A DNA stretch of 64,000 nucleotides from Streptococcus parasanguinis (GTDB lineage: Bacteria > Bacillota > Bacilli > Lactobacillales > Streptococcaceae), in NCBI GenBank assembly GCA_018377375.1, contig JAGZZN010000001.1, forward strand, positions 3,676 to 67,675, in the 5' to 3' direction. Positions 62,919 to 64,000 of the stretch are shown in pieces. The position numbers and the translations under genes were made by a program. Position 1 is the first letter of the stretch. Each line of letters opens with the position of its first letter. The notes beneath the pieces were generated by a model that was given only the letters and a program-made list of their open reading frames with translations, was not told the DNA's origin and made no database searches.

Positions 62919-64000
62919 TTATTTCTTCCGATGAAAGAACCAGCCTACCAACTTCTTGAAAACTTGAATCAAGACGAGAGCTAGAACTGCCATGATGGCG
63001 CAGATCAGCAGCGTTTGAAGCCTCAAGGGGCTCATGTTAAAGAATTTTCCTAGGATACTACTTGATACCATAAAAGCCAGGATATTTCCTAGAAGAACCA
63101 GTCTCTTGTAGTGATTGAGAGGCTGGGATTCTTGATAGATGATGGCAAAACCGACGAAAGCCATCAAGCAGATGGCTGCACTCGAGAGCTCTTCTGATTT
63201 CATACCAAATGCTGAAGAGAATAAAACCAGACTAAAGATCAGTATAAAATCCGTCAAGGCTGCAGGCAAGGCATGTTTAAAGACCGTTTCGATAAAGCGT
63301 CCCTTGATACGCTCACTGTTAGGCTCAAGCGCCAAGAAGAATCCTGGAATCCCAATCGTAAAGCCACTGATCAAGGACATCTGCGACGGCATGATGGGAT
63401 AGGTAAAGGCTAAGAGCGTCACTGAGATGGCCAACAAAATGGAGAAGATATTCTTGATCAAAAAGAGACTAGCTGATCGCTGAATGTTATTGACCACCCG
63501 GCGACCTTCTGCCACGATAGACGGCATCTTTCCAAAGTCAGAATCCAGTAAGACCACTTGCGCCATCTTTTTGGTCGCATCATTTCCAGATTCCATCGCA
63601 ATACTACAATCCGCTGTTTTTAAGGCTAAAATATCGTTGACACCATCTCCGGTCATAGCGACCTTGTGTCCTTTTGCCTGCAAGCCTTCTACAAGGCTTT
63701 TCTTTTGCTCTGGTGTCACCCGACCAAAGACCGTATACTGGCTCGCCGCTTGGTGCAAGTCTTCTTCCGTCCGCAAGGTTCTGGCATCGATCAGATCTTC
63801 TGCTCCTTCAATGCCTGCTTTTTGTGCAATAGCTGAGACGGTAGCAGGGTTGTCCCCTGAAATGACCTTAATGGTCACTCCTTGTTCTTTGAAGTAGGCA
63901 AAGGTTTCTTTGGCATTTTTTCTCAAAGGATTGGAGAGAATGATCCAGGCCACCAAATCTACAGGAGCCTCTAACGTCTCTCTAAGGTCTTCTCCCCTAT
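62919..64000 (-). CDS. Cation-translocating P-type ATPase, C-terminal part (5' end outside window)
   Basis: ISGDN, FGRVTPEQK, MTGDGVND motifs. Confidence 0.9.
   Translation of the reverse strand, partial: RGEDLRETLEAPVDLVAWIILSNPLRKNAKETFAYFKEQGVTIKVISGDNPATVSAIAQKAGIEGAEDLIDARTLRTEEDLHQAASQYTVFGRVTPEQKKSLVEGLQAKGHKVAMTGDGVNDILALKTADCSIAMESGNDATKKMAQVVLLDSDFGKMPSIVAEGRRVVNNIQRSASLFLIKNIFSILLAISVTLLAFTYPIMPSQMSLISGFTIGIPGFFLALEPNSERIKGRFIETVFKHALPAALTDFILIFSLVLFSSAFGMKSEELSSAAICLMAFVGFAIIYQESQPLNHYKRLVLLGNILAFMVSSSILGKFFNMSPLRLQTLLICAIMAVLALVLIQVFKKLVGWFFHRKK

Overview
Mostly core chromosome of an oral (mitis/sanguinis-group) Streptococcus; gene order and proteins look S. parasanguinis-like (inference, not a database result). 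Housekeeping blocks: hprK-lgt, tex-sprT, zwf, rnc-smc-ftsY, vicRKX, T-box/thrS, glycolipid glycosyltransferases, ccpA/pepQ, mntH, ybeY-dgkA-era-mutM-coaE-pmrA-rpmG-secG-rnr-smpB-tehB, a heterodimeric ABC exporter with a leader-peptide attenuator, tRNA-Thr(GGT), ald, phoH, pyrH-frr and rplKA. Accessory pieces: (i) a ~2.6 kb AT-rich prophage remnant (17.7-20.3 kb) in which several phage-direction genes are decayed while three counter-oriented genes with their own promoters are intact. One encodes a nucleoside 2-deoxyribosyltransferase-like protein, and another's promoter carries what look like tandem NrdR boxes (best candidate for an undescribed system). (ii) a DUF389 islet that displaced the thrS 3' end; (iii) a methyltransferase/TetR islet bounded by a 26-bp duplication of the ccpA terminator; (iv) an IS200/IS605 element; (v) an orphan Rgg + ABC islet; (vi) a structured ~130-bp intergenic repeat in three copies with compensatory changes. 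Several start codons were trimmed relative to the ORF track, using RBS position and homolog N-termini recalled from memory.
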